A stretch of DNA of 64,000 nt from Octopus sinensis (lineage: Eukaryota): the NCBI RefSeq assembly GCF_006345805.1, contig NC_043011.1, positions 42,978,464 to 43,042,463 on the forward strand, in the 5' to 3' direction. Position numbers and translations under genes: made by a program. Of this stretch, positions 38,968-52,620 are shown piece by piece (position 1 is the stretch's first letter; the number at the start of each line of letters is the position of its first letter). A model generated the notes under the pieces. The model was not told where the DNA came from. It saw nothing but the letters and a program-made list of their open reading frames with translations, and ran no database searches.

Positions 38968-40155
38968 ATGCCAAGACTGACACGAAATCAGAGGGAGGAA
39001 GTCATCGGACGTCTCCATGCTGGACAACGTCCATGTGTCACTACTAATGACTTGAACTGCAATATTCGGACAATTGAGCGGCTGAGGGAACGATACAATG
39101 CCACAAACAGCGCGGATGGTCGTCCACGCAGTGGCCAACCGAGAGCTACAACGGCACGTCAAGATCGCCATCTGCACCGATAGCACTTGCAGGACCAATT
39201 CTGGAGGACAACAATCAGCTAGGCAGACTATAGGGACTCACCACTGACCCTTTTGTGCAGACAGTTCACTGCCAGCTGAGATACTTCAATCTGTCTCGTC
39301 GACGTCCGGCTTGGGGCCCCATCCTCATAGATCGTCATCGATGAGCACGTCTGCAGTGGGCTCAAATACGTCAGAACTGGCGATATCAGCAGAGGGGAAC
39401 TGTAGTCTTCTCTGACGAAAGTTGATATTGCATTTCTGTGGCAGATGGCAGAGCTAGGATTTGGAGCAGGGGTGAATGTCATGTCGATAGCCGTGTGGAG
39501 GAGAGAGACTCATGGGAGGACAGAGTATCATGTTATGGGGCGGAATTGGACTCAGTCAGATACTTGGACCGGTGGTCATCTAAAACATCGGCCAAGGCCG
39601 GGGAAATGGAGTAACTGCTGCTAGCTACATCGACCAAGTATTGAGGCCTCACATTATCATACTTTGCCCGTCATCAGAATCACTTGTTCCAACACAACAG
39701 CGCCTTTGTTCATACTACCAGGTTGACAACAAACGTCCTCTAACAGTACAACATCCAGACACTACCATGGCCTGCCCTAAATCAGGACTTGAAACCCATA
39801 GAGCACTTGTGGGACGAAATCCAAAGAAGAGTAAATGACAATTGTGGCACAAGTCACTGGAAGTTTTAACAGTGTGGGCAGCTATTACCATGGCCTTACT
39901 CAATCGTTTGGTGCATTCAATGTACAAAAGATGCCTGGAGGTAATCTACGCTAATGATGGTCACACCAGATATTGAGTTCATCTCTTTGGATCCAGGACA
40001 ATCCGTCATCACGTGACTCCATGTGACGTCAAACATATTTCAGGAAATGACGTTTTATCATTTTAATTAGCACTATTCAATCATTGTTATGATAGTCTGT
40101 AATAAACTGGTTTCTATTTAGTATGTGTGCAACGTTTCTTTTGTGGTTCAGTTTA
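38968..40155 (+). mobile_element. Tc1-like transposase pseudogene with right end
   Basis: HTH region MPRL...IGRL...RYNATNS..GRPRSGQPRATTARQDR; later ...MLWGGIG..., LPWPALNQDLKPIEHLWDEIQRRV; stops and frameshifts. Confidence 0.9.
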
Positions 40156-40164
40156 TATGCCTAT

Positions 40165-40520
40165 ACATAGGCGTGGCTGTGTGGTAAGAAGCTTGCTTAC
40201 TAACCACATGGTTCTGGGTTCAGTCCCACTGTGTGGCACCTTGGGCAAGTGTCTTCTACTATAGCCTCAGGCCGACCAAAGCCTTGTGAGTGGATTTGGT
40301 AGACGTGTGTGTCCCCCTACCATCGCTTGACAAACAAATGTCGGTGTGTTTACATCCTCGTAACGTAACGGTTCGGCTAGAGAGACCAATAGAATAAGTA
40401 CTAGGGTTGCAAAGAATAAATCCAGGCGTCGATTTCTTCGACTAAAAGAAAAAAACCTTTAAGGCTGTGCTCCAGCTTGGTCACAGTCAAATGATTGAAA
40501 CAAGTAAACATTAAAGAATA
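40165..40520 (+). mobile_element. SINE family B
   Basis: 'aggcgtggctgtgtggtaagaagcttgc...gtcaaatgattgaaacaagtaaa'. Confidence 0.85.
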
Positions 40521-40559
40521 AAAGAATATGCATATATTATTATCATTATTATTATCATT

Positions 40560-41432
<873 letters not shown>

Positions 41433-42714
41433 CATTATTGTTGTTGTTGTTGTTATTATTATTATTATTATCATCATCATCATCCTTATTATTATTATTA
41501 TTATTATTATTATATTATTATTATTATTAATACAGTGTGACTCGTGTTCTGCACACTAGCCTATCATATAGTTTGATGCCCTGCGTCGAAGTGCAACGGA
41601 CATTAAACCACGTGATAGGCTAGTGAGCAGAATACGGCGTCACGCAAGTAGTATGAATAAAACATAGAAAACATGTGATAATCAATGCCTTGTTTATAAC
41701 GTGCTCTCGTGCTGGTAATTTTTCCGTCAGGATTACATAATTGCATTTTAAGAATGTAACAAGCCGGTAAGATACGCCCTTAGTGTTTAGAAAGGAATAC
41801 AATGGCTGATGTTAAATGCTCGTTAGATATTCTCACTGTGTAAAATGTTAACAACATCGCCAGAGGCACGATGTAATAGGAAACAAAGAGAACCGAGCAT
41901 GGATGTTCGAGGCCATGTTTCCCATGTCTAGTTGTGTATGACCAAGAGAATACAATAATAACAGCAGCAATAACAATGACAGAGATGCTGACTACACTTC
42001 CGGGTCATAAATCAGAGTCAAATACTCTGTGGCTCGTTGATTGTCGGCTTCTATAGTGACAAGTATAGACAATCTGCTCTCTATCAAGTAGACGAATTGG
42101 GTTCACATGAACAAAGGGATTAAGTCGATTACATCGACCCCAGTGCGAAACTAGTACTTTATTTATCGACCCCAAAAGGATGAAAGGCAAAACCGCCGAG
42201 GTCGACTTTGCCTTTCATCCTTTCGGGGTCGATAAATAAAGTACTAGTTTCGCACTGGGGTCGATGCAATCGACTTAATTCCTTTGTCTGTCCTTGTTTG
42301 TCTCCTCTAATGTTTAGCCCCTTGTGGGTAGTAAAGCTATATCAAGTAGACAAAGTGGGTTCACATGAACTTCCGTTGTACCTTTTCTACCCCACATCCT
42401 ACCATTTGCTCGCTCCAACGTCCCGAATCCTGTCCCCATCTCTCTCTCTTTCTCTCTCTCACACGTACACACACACACACACACACAATCATGCACATAA
42501 TATATATATATGTATGTATGTTTTTCGTCCTCCTTTTACCTTTCTTCTTTCTATTTCCACTATTCTCATTTTGTCGCCACCTACACCGACATTCACACCC
42601 TCTTTGAAAGAACTTTTTCTTCACCCGTTCCTTTCCGGTCATTTCAATATGTGACCGCGTGTGTATCGTTGGCGATTTTCTTTCTCCGTCTTCCCTTCTT
42701 TGGACTTTTTCTAT

Positions 42715-42749
42715 ATTTCTGATGAAGAGCTCCGCTCGAAACGTGAAAT
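42715..42749 (+). ncRNA. Minimal type I hammerhead motif, cleavage triplet GUG (probably inactive)
   Basis: attt-CTGATGA-a-gagc/tcc/gctc-GAA-ACGT-G-aaat. Confidence 0.6.
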
Positions 42750-43989
42750 CCTTTTTCTTTTCTTTCCTTTCCTGAGCGTAGGATAAAATCTTTATAAGAA
42801 TTTATCAAGTAGTTAGCGTGAAAAACCTCATAAGTTAAAAATCCATCAATTATTCCTCTTAAATATATTTATTTATATTAAGAGCATTACTATACATAAA
42901 TGCCTCACGCTACATTGATTGTAAGCGACTCTTGAGTAGGAATGGCCATTTGCAGCGAAAGACTCTTCTAGGCTTTTGGAGTGTGTGGAGATGACAGTAG
43001 TTAGAAATGACAACAATTTCGTACTCCCCCTTCGGCGTAATCTTCCTCTTGCAATACCCTTGGATTGATAGAATGACAACATTGTCTATCTTGGAAAGAT
43101 CTGGTAATTCCCAACAAAAAGACGAGAGTTAATAGAACCCATTGATGTTTAACTTCGCCCCCCCCCAAAAAAAAAAAAACATATTGCTCTCAATAAAATT
43201 CTTAAGAGACCATTTGTGTGTGACCGGTAGGACTGGCCCAAGAGAATACGATAGACTGAAGACAATCATGGTGGTGTTTATCTACGACTGTCTCCACCTC
43301 GTTTGAAATTCTGAAAGTTATGGCGACAGGTTGATATTTAGTAAGGTCAATGAGGTTTCTCTTCTCTTCTCTTGAGTAGAGCACGTTAGCACGTTGCTGC
43401 ATGTGTCCGTAGACTGGAGAAGGTACACGTCGTATAAATACTGCTTTCATCGTTTAATTTTCTATTTTTATGGGAAATTTTGTAAAGTTTAAATGCTGTT
43501 CGTTGTTAATCTTGCTAGTTTTGTTTCGTGTATGAACATTGCAATTGCACCTTCTGAGTGAAAGGTGAGTTGGTTGAAAAGTACCGTGCTTATACTAACA
43601 ATATAACATTAAGTTTACAACTTTCACACTTGCTGGCCAATTGGTGTATTACATTAGACATTAGTATCTTATTCGTGGGCAAACACACGCTTGCCTAATT
43701 ATTTGTCCGGTTTTTAATAACAAACAAGCTGCGCTGAGGAAACATAGAATTGATTTGCTTCTTACAAAAAGTTGCATGAATACAGTTAATGACCACTAAT
43801 CAACGAACTTTATTAATCCTTTCAAACATACATGGAACTTTTACTTTAATCTTTAGTTATTTCAAAAACAAGTAAACTTAAATGATGGAATGTATAATCA
43901 TGCAACTAACTTGCACTCCCTGAAATGACTGGCCTTGTGCCAAAATTTGAAACTATTATCGTAACTATTATCTTAATACAATATCTATC

Positions 43990-44480
43990 TATCTATCCGC
44001 TCAGTCGAAGTCGACTCTCGGTTACTCGTTGGATCAGTGTCTTCCAGTCAGTTCTATCCTGGGCCGCTTCTTTCAGATTGGCTATGTCCATTCCGGTATC
44101 ACTCTTGATGGTGTAAAGCCAGCGGGCTCTTGGTCGGCCTCTTCCTCTCTTGCCACTGACCATTCCGAGCATGATGTCCTTCTCCGGGGATTTTCTCCGC
44201 ATAATATGACCGAAATATGCCAATCTATGCTTGGTGATCTTAGCTTCTAGCGACATTTTCGGCCTGATCTGCTTAAGTACATCTCCATTGGTGAGCCTCG
44301 CTGTCCATGGAATCCGTAAAAGTCTTCTCCAGCACCAAAGCTCGAATGCATTAATTCTCTTCTGGTCAGCTTTCTTTAGTGTCCAGGTCTCGCATCCCTA
44401 TGTTGCTATTAGGAAGACAATTGCATTCACCAATCTGCATTTGGTAGCGAGTCTGATGTCTCTACTCTTCCAGACCCTGT
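43990..44480 (-). mobile_element. RTE-clade LINE 3' end (5'-truncated)
   Basis: ...YGCETWTLKKADQRRINAFELWCWRRLLRIPW...RLAYFGHIMRR...GKRGRGRPRARW...AAQDR..W, followed by (TAGA)n tail. Confidence 0.9.
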
Positions 44481-44816
44481 TCAATATACAATATATTGTG
44501 ATATAATTATCAGGTTTGTAAGGGCGACACAGATGGTAACACTTTGAGCAATAATTAACTTCGTTCATTAATGATCAAGTCCAAATCCTGGCAGTCATCT
44601 TCAATCTTTCATTTTATCCCACCGCTATTCTGCAGGAAGTATTTGCTATATTCAGGTCAATAGACTACACTTGCTCCAATACTTCAGCTATGCATGTGGT
44701 CGAGGGAACAAATTATATTAGGTTTATACAGGGTCAAGGGGTATACCAAACCCAGTTCATTGCCTGGGCAGAGATGACTGCAGCAAAACTTTCCGAAACA
44801 TATATAGGATATTTCG

Positions 44817-45129
44817 TTTTTGGATTTGGTTTACAAGATTCTTTATATGAGTTCGTGTGTTGAAGCATATTCTGTAGTGTCTGGGGAGAGTCATTTTCTT
44901 TTTGTGCCTTATAATGCAACACACTCACCGGTAAAATTTCCACTTTTTTCTTATTTTTATTTTCCTAAAATTTTACTTGCGTCTTGCAACCTTTTCAATA
45001 GTCTTGACTCTCAGAACTATTGAAAAGGTTGCAAGACGCAACGAAAATTTTAAGAAAATAAAAATAAGAAAAAAGTGGAAATTTTAAGGCACAAAAAGAA
45101 AATGACTCTCCCCAGACACAACAGAATAT
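44817..45129. repeat. Foldback repeat (same family and geometry as 36545-36906)
   Basis: 44867-45010 inverted at ~45012-45129. Confidence 0.85.
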
Positions 45130-45299
45130 ATAGGATATATATGATGGTATATAATTATTTGCTGTAATGTATTTTACCTTTTACGATATTTTTAATAATG
45201 TCTTCATCAATTCTATAGTTTTCATTTAATACGCTTTATGAGTGATTAGTGTATTTTTTATAGGCGTGATGCCTGAGGCATTTGTTGCTTAGTATTTTT

Positions 45300-46050
45300 T
45301 CTAGCATTCTTCTGTGAATTAGACTAATTTATTGTTCGAATTTCCGTTGTTGAATAGCGTTGATTTTATTCAGTGAACTTCGTTATCAACGACTTCATTA
45401 AATGCTCTTCTAAATAGAAATTTTATAATTGACATTTTCTATGTATATATATATATATATATCAATGTTCGTTGTATTCATGCTGCTATTACATTAATCT
45501 GTGTCACTCGGACGTGACACAGTGGACTCAAACGTGGTATGTATATTGTCATCGATTTGAATATTTATATATATAAAATGGAGTCATTGAATTGCATAGA
45601 AATTTTATTTATACAGTTCTGAATAGTGAATTTTAAAACAGAGTTGTTTCTAGGTCTTTCTATAATTTCTTGTCGTCTTCCGATGTGTCCATTATCGCCT
45701 AGGTACATTTTTTTTTTGTATTGTACTTGGAATCAATTTGTTCTGGTTGTCACGATGGATGCTACGAACGTATCTTCTAAAGGAGTTACACCATCTTTTT
45801 GCCAATATAATTTTCCTGCTGGATAGCAAAGGAGTACTTCTCTTAAACAGACCTAATAATTTCTTCAGTATATTAGCTGGCATCACGGATGGCTTTATTC
45901 TTGGACGATTACATACCTTATTTAATATGGTTCATATTTTTCCTATTGGGACGTTGGTAATCAAGCCTTCTACGTCTAAAGTGTACAGGTTGTTTTCTTC
46001 AGTTATGTGTTGCTCGACCTCTAGGAATTATTTGATTGACTATATATTGT
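45300..46050 (-). mobile_element. Penelope-like reverse transcriptase remnant (probably extends to ~47600, interrupted by SINEs)
   Basis: Minus strand LDVEGLITNVP (~45946-45978, cf. SLDVESLFTNVP), ILKKLL, GKLYWQKDGV (~45790), IKSTLFNNGNSN (~45340); many stops. Confidence 0.7.
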
Positions 46051-46063
46051 TCTAGTCACCTGT

Positions 46064-46323
46064 AAAAATAAAATAAATGAGCCCTTTTTTTTAAAGCCTA
46101 GCCAGGCTCATGGGCCCGGTTTCTATGGCGTATGTGTTCCCCAGCTGGACGGGACACCAGTCCATCGCAGCGTTACTCATTTTCGCCAGCTGAGTGGACT
46201 GGAGCAACGTGAAACGAAGTGTTTTGCTCAAGAGCATAACGAGTCGCCCGGTCCAGGAATCGAAACCACAATCTTACGATCGTGGTGCTGACACCCTAAC
46301 CACTAAGCCACGCCCCTCCACAC
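46064..46323 (-). mobile_element. tRNA-derived SINE with V-domain-like core and 13-bp TSD
   Basis: ctagtcacctgta duplicated on both sides; minus strand has tRNA-like head and 'gtccactcagctgg' core. Confidence 0.7.
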
Positions 46324-47834
46324 TAGTCACCTGTATTATATGATAAGTGTTATCTCACAATTTAATGATCATATATGGTTGATGTATTTAACTAAAATAT
46401 TGATTTCAAACTGTGACACAAAGCCACCAATTTTGGGTGAGGGGCAAGACGATTGTATCGGCACCGGTGCTCAGCTGGTATTTATTTTATCGATCCCGAA
46501 ATGATGAAAGGTAACGCCGACCTCGGTGGAATTTTAACTCAGAACATTTAGACAGACGAAATGCCGCTAAGCATTTTTTGCTGGACGGACTAGCGTTTCT
46601 GCAATCTCTCTGTCTTGTATTTAACTAAAATATTATGAATTTATAAGGTTTGTTTTGCACATCATTACTGTTCCCTAGGTATGTGCTGGGAAGTCAAATC
46701 TTTTTCATACGAGGGAAATAAGTGGTTTTCATGTGCTTTAACTGGGTTATTTTAACTTTCAATTGGGCGGCATTATCTTTCTGAAATATTTATAAATTTG
46801 TTTTCATCTTCGAGTAAAATGTTAATCTTTGCACTATATTCATGTTCATCCATGAGTATGAATATATTACTCTTCTCAAGCTTACATATTTTATTATTGT
46901 CACTATTTCTAAATTGTGAAATGTTTTCTTTCTAAAGTTTCATGTTGAGTATGTAGTTATTATTATCTCTTGTATATATCAGTTTTATTACATTCACCTT
47001 CAATTTTTATCTTCGATATATAACGTTTTAACTGTTAGATTTTTGTTACAGTTGTTTGATTTTAACTCTTCTGTTTTTGTCACAGTTCAGATGTAAGGGA
47101 ATGCTGGTACGTAGACTGATGAATATAATTTGGTGTGGGCTGACTTATATGTTGTCAAAATTTGAGGAATATATCTTCTTGTCTGAGCAAAGAGATTCTT
47201 ACTTTGAGTAGTTTGCTTAAGCGTATTCCTGTCTCTGTGTCTAATTCGTCATTAAAAGAGCTGTTTTTTTTTATGTTATTAAGAGCTAAGTTTATATTGT
47301 TTATATACTTTAGCTATATCTTTCTTTTATGATCTGCTTATATGATTTTTTACCTTCTGAACTGCTGTATACATTTGCCTTTTGATCAACGTCTGAAATT
47401 CTGGCGTACAATTTTCGCTGTTTTATTGTTTATGTTTGCATAGAAGAACGTCTTCTTATTAGACATACTCTGTTGAATACATTCTCTTTTGAATTCACGA
47501 CTGTCTGCTTTAATAGACTTGATGCAAACCTTTCATATATTTGTATACTTAGTACTTGTTTGTCTTGCAGTCTAAATTAATTTACAAGAAGTTGACCGTG
47601 CTTAGAGTGGTGAGTAATAGGCTAAAACTCGTGGCAGAGGACATGGATCTTGTTCGATTATTTAAGTTGGATACACTCGGGTGCGAATAGATACGATGGC
47701 CTCATAATTTCGGATTATCAAGGCAATGTCAGTTAATACGAACGTTAATGCTGCCGGTAGCTCATACAAGAACTGAATAGAACCAGATTAATTTCTTCGC
47801 CCTAATTCTCTTCGAGATAGGTGTAGGGAACATC

Positions 47835-48235
47835 TATTCTTTTACTCTTTTACTTGTTTCAGTCATTTGACTGTGGCCATGCTGGAGCACCACCTTTAGT
47901 CTAGCAAATCGACCCCAGGACTTATTCTTTGTAAGCCTAATACTTATTCTATTGGTCTCTTTTGCTGAACTGCCAAGTTACGGGGACATAAATACACAGC
48001 ATCGGTTGTCAAGCGATGTTGGGGGCAAACACAGACACACACACATATACACATATATATATATACATATATACGACGGGCTTCTTTCAGTTTCTGTCTA
48101 CCAAATCCACTCACAAGGCTTTGGTTGGCCCGAGGCTGTCGTAGAGACACTTGCCCAAGGTGCCACACAGTGGGACTGAACCCAGAACCATGTGGTTGGT
48201 AAGCAAGCTACTTACCACACAGCCACACCTACGCC
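47835..48235 (-). mobile_element. SINE family B
   Basis: Full-length reverse copy. Confidence 0.85.
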
Positions 48236-48632
48236 TATGTACACAAACTTCTGTCTAAATCCTTTCCTTTTAATTGAATCTAGCGCTGTCGAATTTTTTT
48301 TTTTTAGTATAAATTCCGTAAGACTTTGTATATACCCACACAATGTATACAGTCTTTCATGTTCAGAGACAGAGAAAATTGTATTTCTATATTTTATCTG
48401 AAGGCTATGAAATGGCCTACTCAGTACAATCTGGAACATTCTCGACAAGTCATCCTTCTTACTCGTCCACGATATATAACGGTTGTTTTTGCTTCCTTGA
48501 AAAACAGCATATGTTGCAATAGATTGCTATGTCTCTTCACAAAACTACTGAACTTTCATGCCACTACTATTAACGGAGGTCTCTGTTTGCAGTTTTTAAG
48601 ATATTAGCTTTTAACACTCATTCAGAAATACT

Positions 48633-48933
48633 CTCTCTTTCACTCTTTTACTTGTTTCAGTCATTTGACTGCGGCCATGCTGGAGCACCGCCTTTAATCG
48701 AGCAACTCGACCCCGGGACTTATTCTTTTTTGTAAGCCCAGTACTTATTCTATCGGTCTCTTTTACCGAACCGCTAAGTTTCGGGGACATACGCACACCA
48801 GCATCGGTTGTCAAGCAATGCTAGGGGGATAAACACAAACACACATACATATGCATATATATATATATACATATATACGACGGGCTTCTTTCAGTTTCCG
48901 TCTACCAAATCCACTCACAAGGCTTTGGTCGGC
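48633..48933 (-). mobile_element. SINE family B, 5'-truncated, between ~120-bp direct repeats
   Basis: 48513-48632 repeated at 48934-49054. Confidence 0.85.
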
Positions 48934-49321
48934 GTTGCAATAGATTGCTATGTCTCTTCACAAAACTACTGAACTTTCATGCCACTACTATTAACAGAGG
49001 TCTCTGTTTGCTGTTTTTAAAGATATTAGCTTTTAACACTCATTCAGAAATACTGTTGTAAATTTTGCTGCAACTTTTAATTTACCTGTAATTTCAAAAG
49101 AAGGCGAGGGTAACAGATCTCATTTATTGCGCCAGAGTTGCATCCTAATCAGTATCCAACAAGAAATCACTATTATGCCTAATACGTGAGCCGAACGGGA
49201 TAATAGGAAAGAGCTGTATAAAAAAAGCTGTGGCTACTTTATCACGCATACCGAAAGATCGGATGGAATCTTTTGCGTTTGTTAAGCATTTTAATGCAAT
49301 TTTCCATCAAAATATACATAC

Positions 49322-49712
49322 AGGCGCAGGAGTGGCTGCGTGGTAAGTAGCTTGCTAACCAACCACATGGTTCCGGGTTCAGTCCCACTGCGTGGCATCT
49401 TGGGCAAGTGTCTTCTGCTATAGCCCCGGGCCGACCAATGCCTTGTGAGTGGATTTGGTAGACGGAAACTGAAAGAAGCCCGTCGTATATATATATATAT
49501 ATATATGTGTGTATGTGTGTGTGTTTGTCCCCCTAGCATTGCTTGACAACCGATGCTGGTGTGTTTACGTCCCCGTCACTTAGCGCTTCGGCAAAAGAGA
49601 CCGATAGAATAAGTACTGGGCTTACAATGAATAAGTCCCGGGGTCGATTTGCTCGACTAAAGGCGGTGATCCAGCATGGCCGCAGTCAAATGACTGAAAC
49701 AAGTAAAAGAGA
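49322..49712 (+). mobile_element. SINE family B, full length
   Basis: Complete head to 'aaacaagtaaaagagag' tail. Confidence 0.9.
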
Positions 49713-50109
49713 GAAAGAGAGAGTACATAAACACTCACACACACCCGCACGCACACAGACACACACATACACGCACATGGTATATAGCAATGAGCAAAGG
49801 TGCTCCAGTATACCGCTCATGTAACTGTAGTATATGCTGAATAACGACGAGAGATTATGAAACATCCATGCTTTCTTGATGAGGTCAAATGAGGTCGAAT
49901 AGACCCGAAGTTGTCTGCCCGTTGTCAAACATTCATTAATAAATTGAGAATTACGCGCACCTGGATTTTTTTTTTCCTGTTAAAGAATGAGGTATTTTCG
50001 AAACCAAATGTCATATACTACCGAGATAAATTTGTTATGAAGTTTCTTGTACTGTGAGAGTCTGCTAAATCTTGGAACCGAGTTGGAAATAAGTCTAAAA
50101 CATACCATT

Positions 50110-50510
50110 AAGGCGGCGATCTGGCAGAATCGTTAGCACGACGGTCGAAACGGTTAGCGGTGTTTCGGCTGCCGCTACGTTCTGAGTTCAAATTTTGTCG
50201 AGGTCGACTTTGCCTTTCATCCTTTCGGGGTCGATTAAATAAGTACCAGTTACGCACTGGGGTCGATGTAATCGACTTAATCCCTTTGTCTGTCCTTGTT
50301 TGTCCCCTCTATGTTTAGCCCCTTGTGGGTAGTAAAGAAATAGGTATTTCGTCTGTCTTTACGTTCTGAGTTCAAATTCCGCCGAGATCGACTTTGCCTT
50401 TCATCCTTTAGGGGGTCGATAAATTAAGTACCAGTTGTGGACTGGGATCGATGTAATCGACTGGCCCCCTCCCCCAAAATTTCGGGCCTTGTACCCTGAG
50501 TAGGAAAGGA
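50110..50510 (+). mobile_element. SINE family A dimer with variant second tail
   Basis: Second body ends 'cgactggccccctcccccaaaatttcgggcc'. Confidence 0.8.
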
Positions 50511-51069
50511 TATGCCTGTTTCATTTTTTATTGCAAGTCCAATTCTAACATACAAGCAAACAGAAACACCTACATTCTCTCCTTCTTCCTCTCTTCACAC
50601 ACACACACAGACGTATATATATTTAGATGCATGTTTACACACTCAAGTATTTCACAACATAGTAACCAGCGATTTATTACACAGATGCAATTTTCTACCT
50701 AACCGCTACGTTATCGCAAACATATATAAACCCTGACTTCTATTATATCATCTACGCTGATATGAATTCTTAATGGAACGAAATAATAAGAAACCTTGGA
50801 AGTGCCATGCGTATACATAAGTATATATTACAATCCGGTGTGAGTTTAATATGTATGTGCGCAAGTTATATAGCGGGTAAACATTATCTGAAACGACGTA
50901 AGGGGGATCAGCCATCTGAATGTGGCTAGGGACAGGGCGGGGTGGCGGGGGTGTTACTGATGCTTTTAGCCCCAGGCGATCATCAACGTCACCAGAAGGA
51001 CTGACACCATATTAGTGTCCTTGTTTGCCTGTAGAGGGAGGTCATCCTCCCTCGAAGATACGGATACTT

Positions 51070-51112
51070 CATACGGACCGGTTTCGAGGTCATTGCCTCT
51101 TATCAACGTATG
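51070..51112 (-). ncRNA. Type I hammerhead motif with two core substitutions (fossil)
   Basis: catacg-TTGATAA-gagg/caatga/cctc-GAA-ACCGGT-C-cgtatg: perfect 6-bp stem I and 4-bp stem II, palindromic stem III, GUC triplet. Confidence 0.65.
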
Positions 51113-51504
51113 GTAAGCACCGCTCAGAGATTTATTATTATTATTATCTGAAAGCTTTGTGGTTAAGAATCTCACCTTGCAACCGTGTGGTTTCAAGATC
51201 AGTTACACAGCACGGCACCTAGCTAGTGGCTTCTACTATAGCCCAGGGTCTGCTAATGTCTTGGGAGCGAGTTTGGTATACGGAAACAGTATGGAACCCT
51301 GTGGCTGTTTGGTAAGAGATTGGCTTACCAACGACATGGTTCGGGGTTCAGTCCCACTACGTAGAATCTTGAGCAAATGCCTTCTACTATAGCCTCGAGC
51401 CGACCAAAGCCTTGTGAGTGGATTTGGTAGACGGAAACTGAAAGAAGCCCGTCGTATATATATATATACGGTTGCCAAGCGATGGTAGGGGGACAAACAC
51501 ACAA

Positions 51505-51589
<85 letters not shown>

Positions 51590-52106
51590 ATAGAGGGCAT
51601 TATTACACATAATGCCTCACACTAAGAGGGACAAAGTCATTACTACCAAAATTATACTAATCATACCTAAATGCAGTTTTTCAAAGCAAGACATTTAAAA
51701 AATGAATTTAGTTCTGTATCACCGTGATTTCACATTCAACTTACGTCTTATGATCTCAGCAGAACTGATTCTGAACACATCATAAATAAACTACCAACCT
51801 TACGTAGCGAAGACGAACAGACAACTGCCCACTCCGGCCAAGCACATGGAATGTTTATAAATCACCAGATAGCACTCGGTGGCTATCTGAAGTTGCATAA
51901 AGTTTGTATAAGGGTTTCGAACAAACAGGAAAACCGTAAGGTTTACTTCCGTTATAGAGTACAAATATAATATGTGAAGAGTGGAGTTTATGGTATAACG
52001 TTTATTCCAAGCTTAACAATTGTTTCAACGCCTCCCAGGTGATCGATCACGCATCGTATCTATAAACATGAACGCTAACGACAATTTAGTCATGCGTATT
52101 ATGTAA

Positions 52107-52620
52107 TCTATATATATAAAACTGTAGTTGTGTGAGTGTCTGTCCCCTTCGATTTAGATTCCTAACTCCTCCCACATTTTGCGGTGCAGTTTAACCAAAT
52201 TCGGGTATCTTATAGTCGTGATTAATATCGAGCCCGTCTGGCTATTAGCGCGCGTCTACGATGAGTCTACGATTTAAAAAATAATTTAACATTTTTTATT
52301 CCATTTTAATGCATAATATTTCGTGTGTCGATGGCGGCGGAGTTGGCGTCCACGCTCAAACACCTGCACCTGTGTTTGCTTCTCCCCCTTCTTCCCTCCC
52401 TCGTGAAGCTGTGGGGAAGGGAGTGTAATGAAATCAACGTCGTAATGCGTTGTCAAGGAGACCAGCGTTCTTTTAGAACAACGACTTCATGGCTTGAAGA
52501 CGCCAAAACAGAAATGGCTCAGAAAGCCCGAATTGGCATCTATAAGGGAAGTAACTCTCTAAAAATGCTTATATAGTTATTTCCCTTACAAACCCGAGCA
52601 ACGCCGGGCGATACTGCTAG
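52107..52620 (+). mobile_element. Non-autonomous Helitron (longer version of 32394-32689)
   Basis: a|TC...cccgagcaacgccggg...CTAG|t. Confidence 0.85.
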
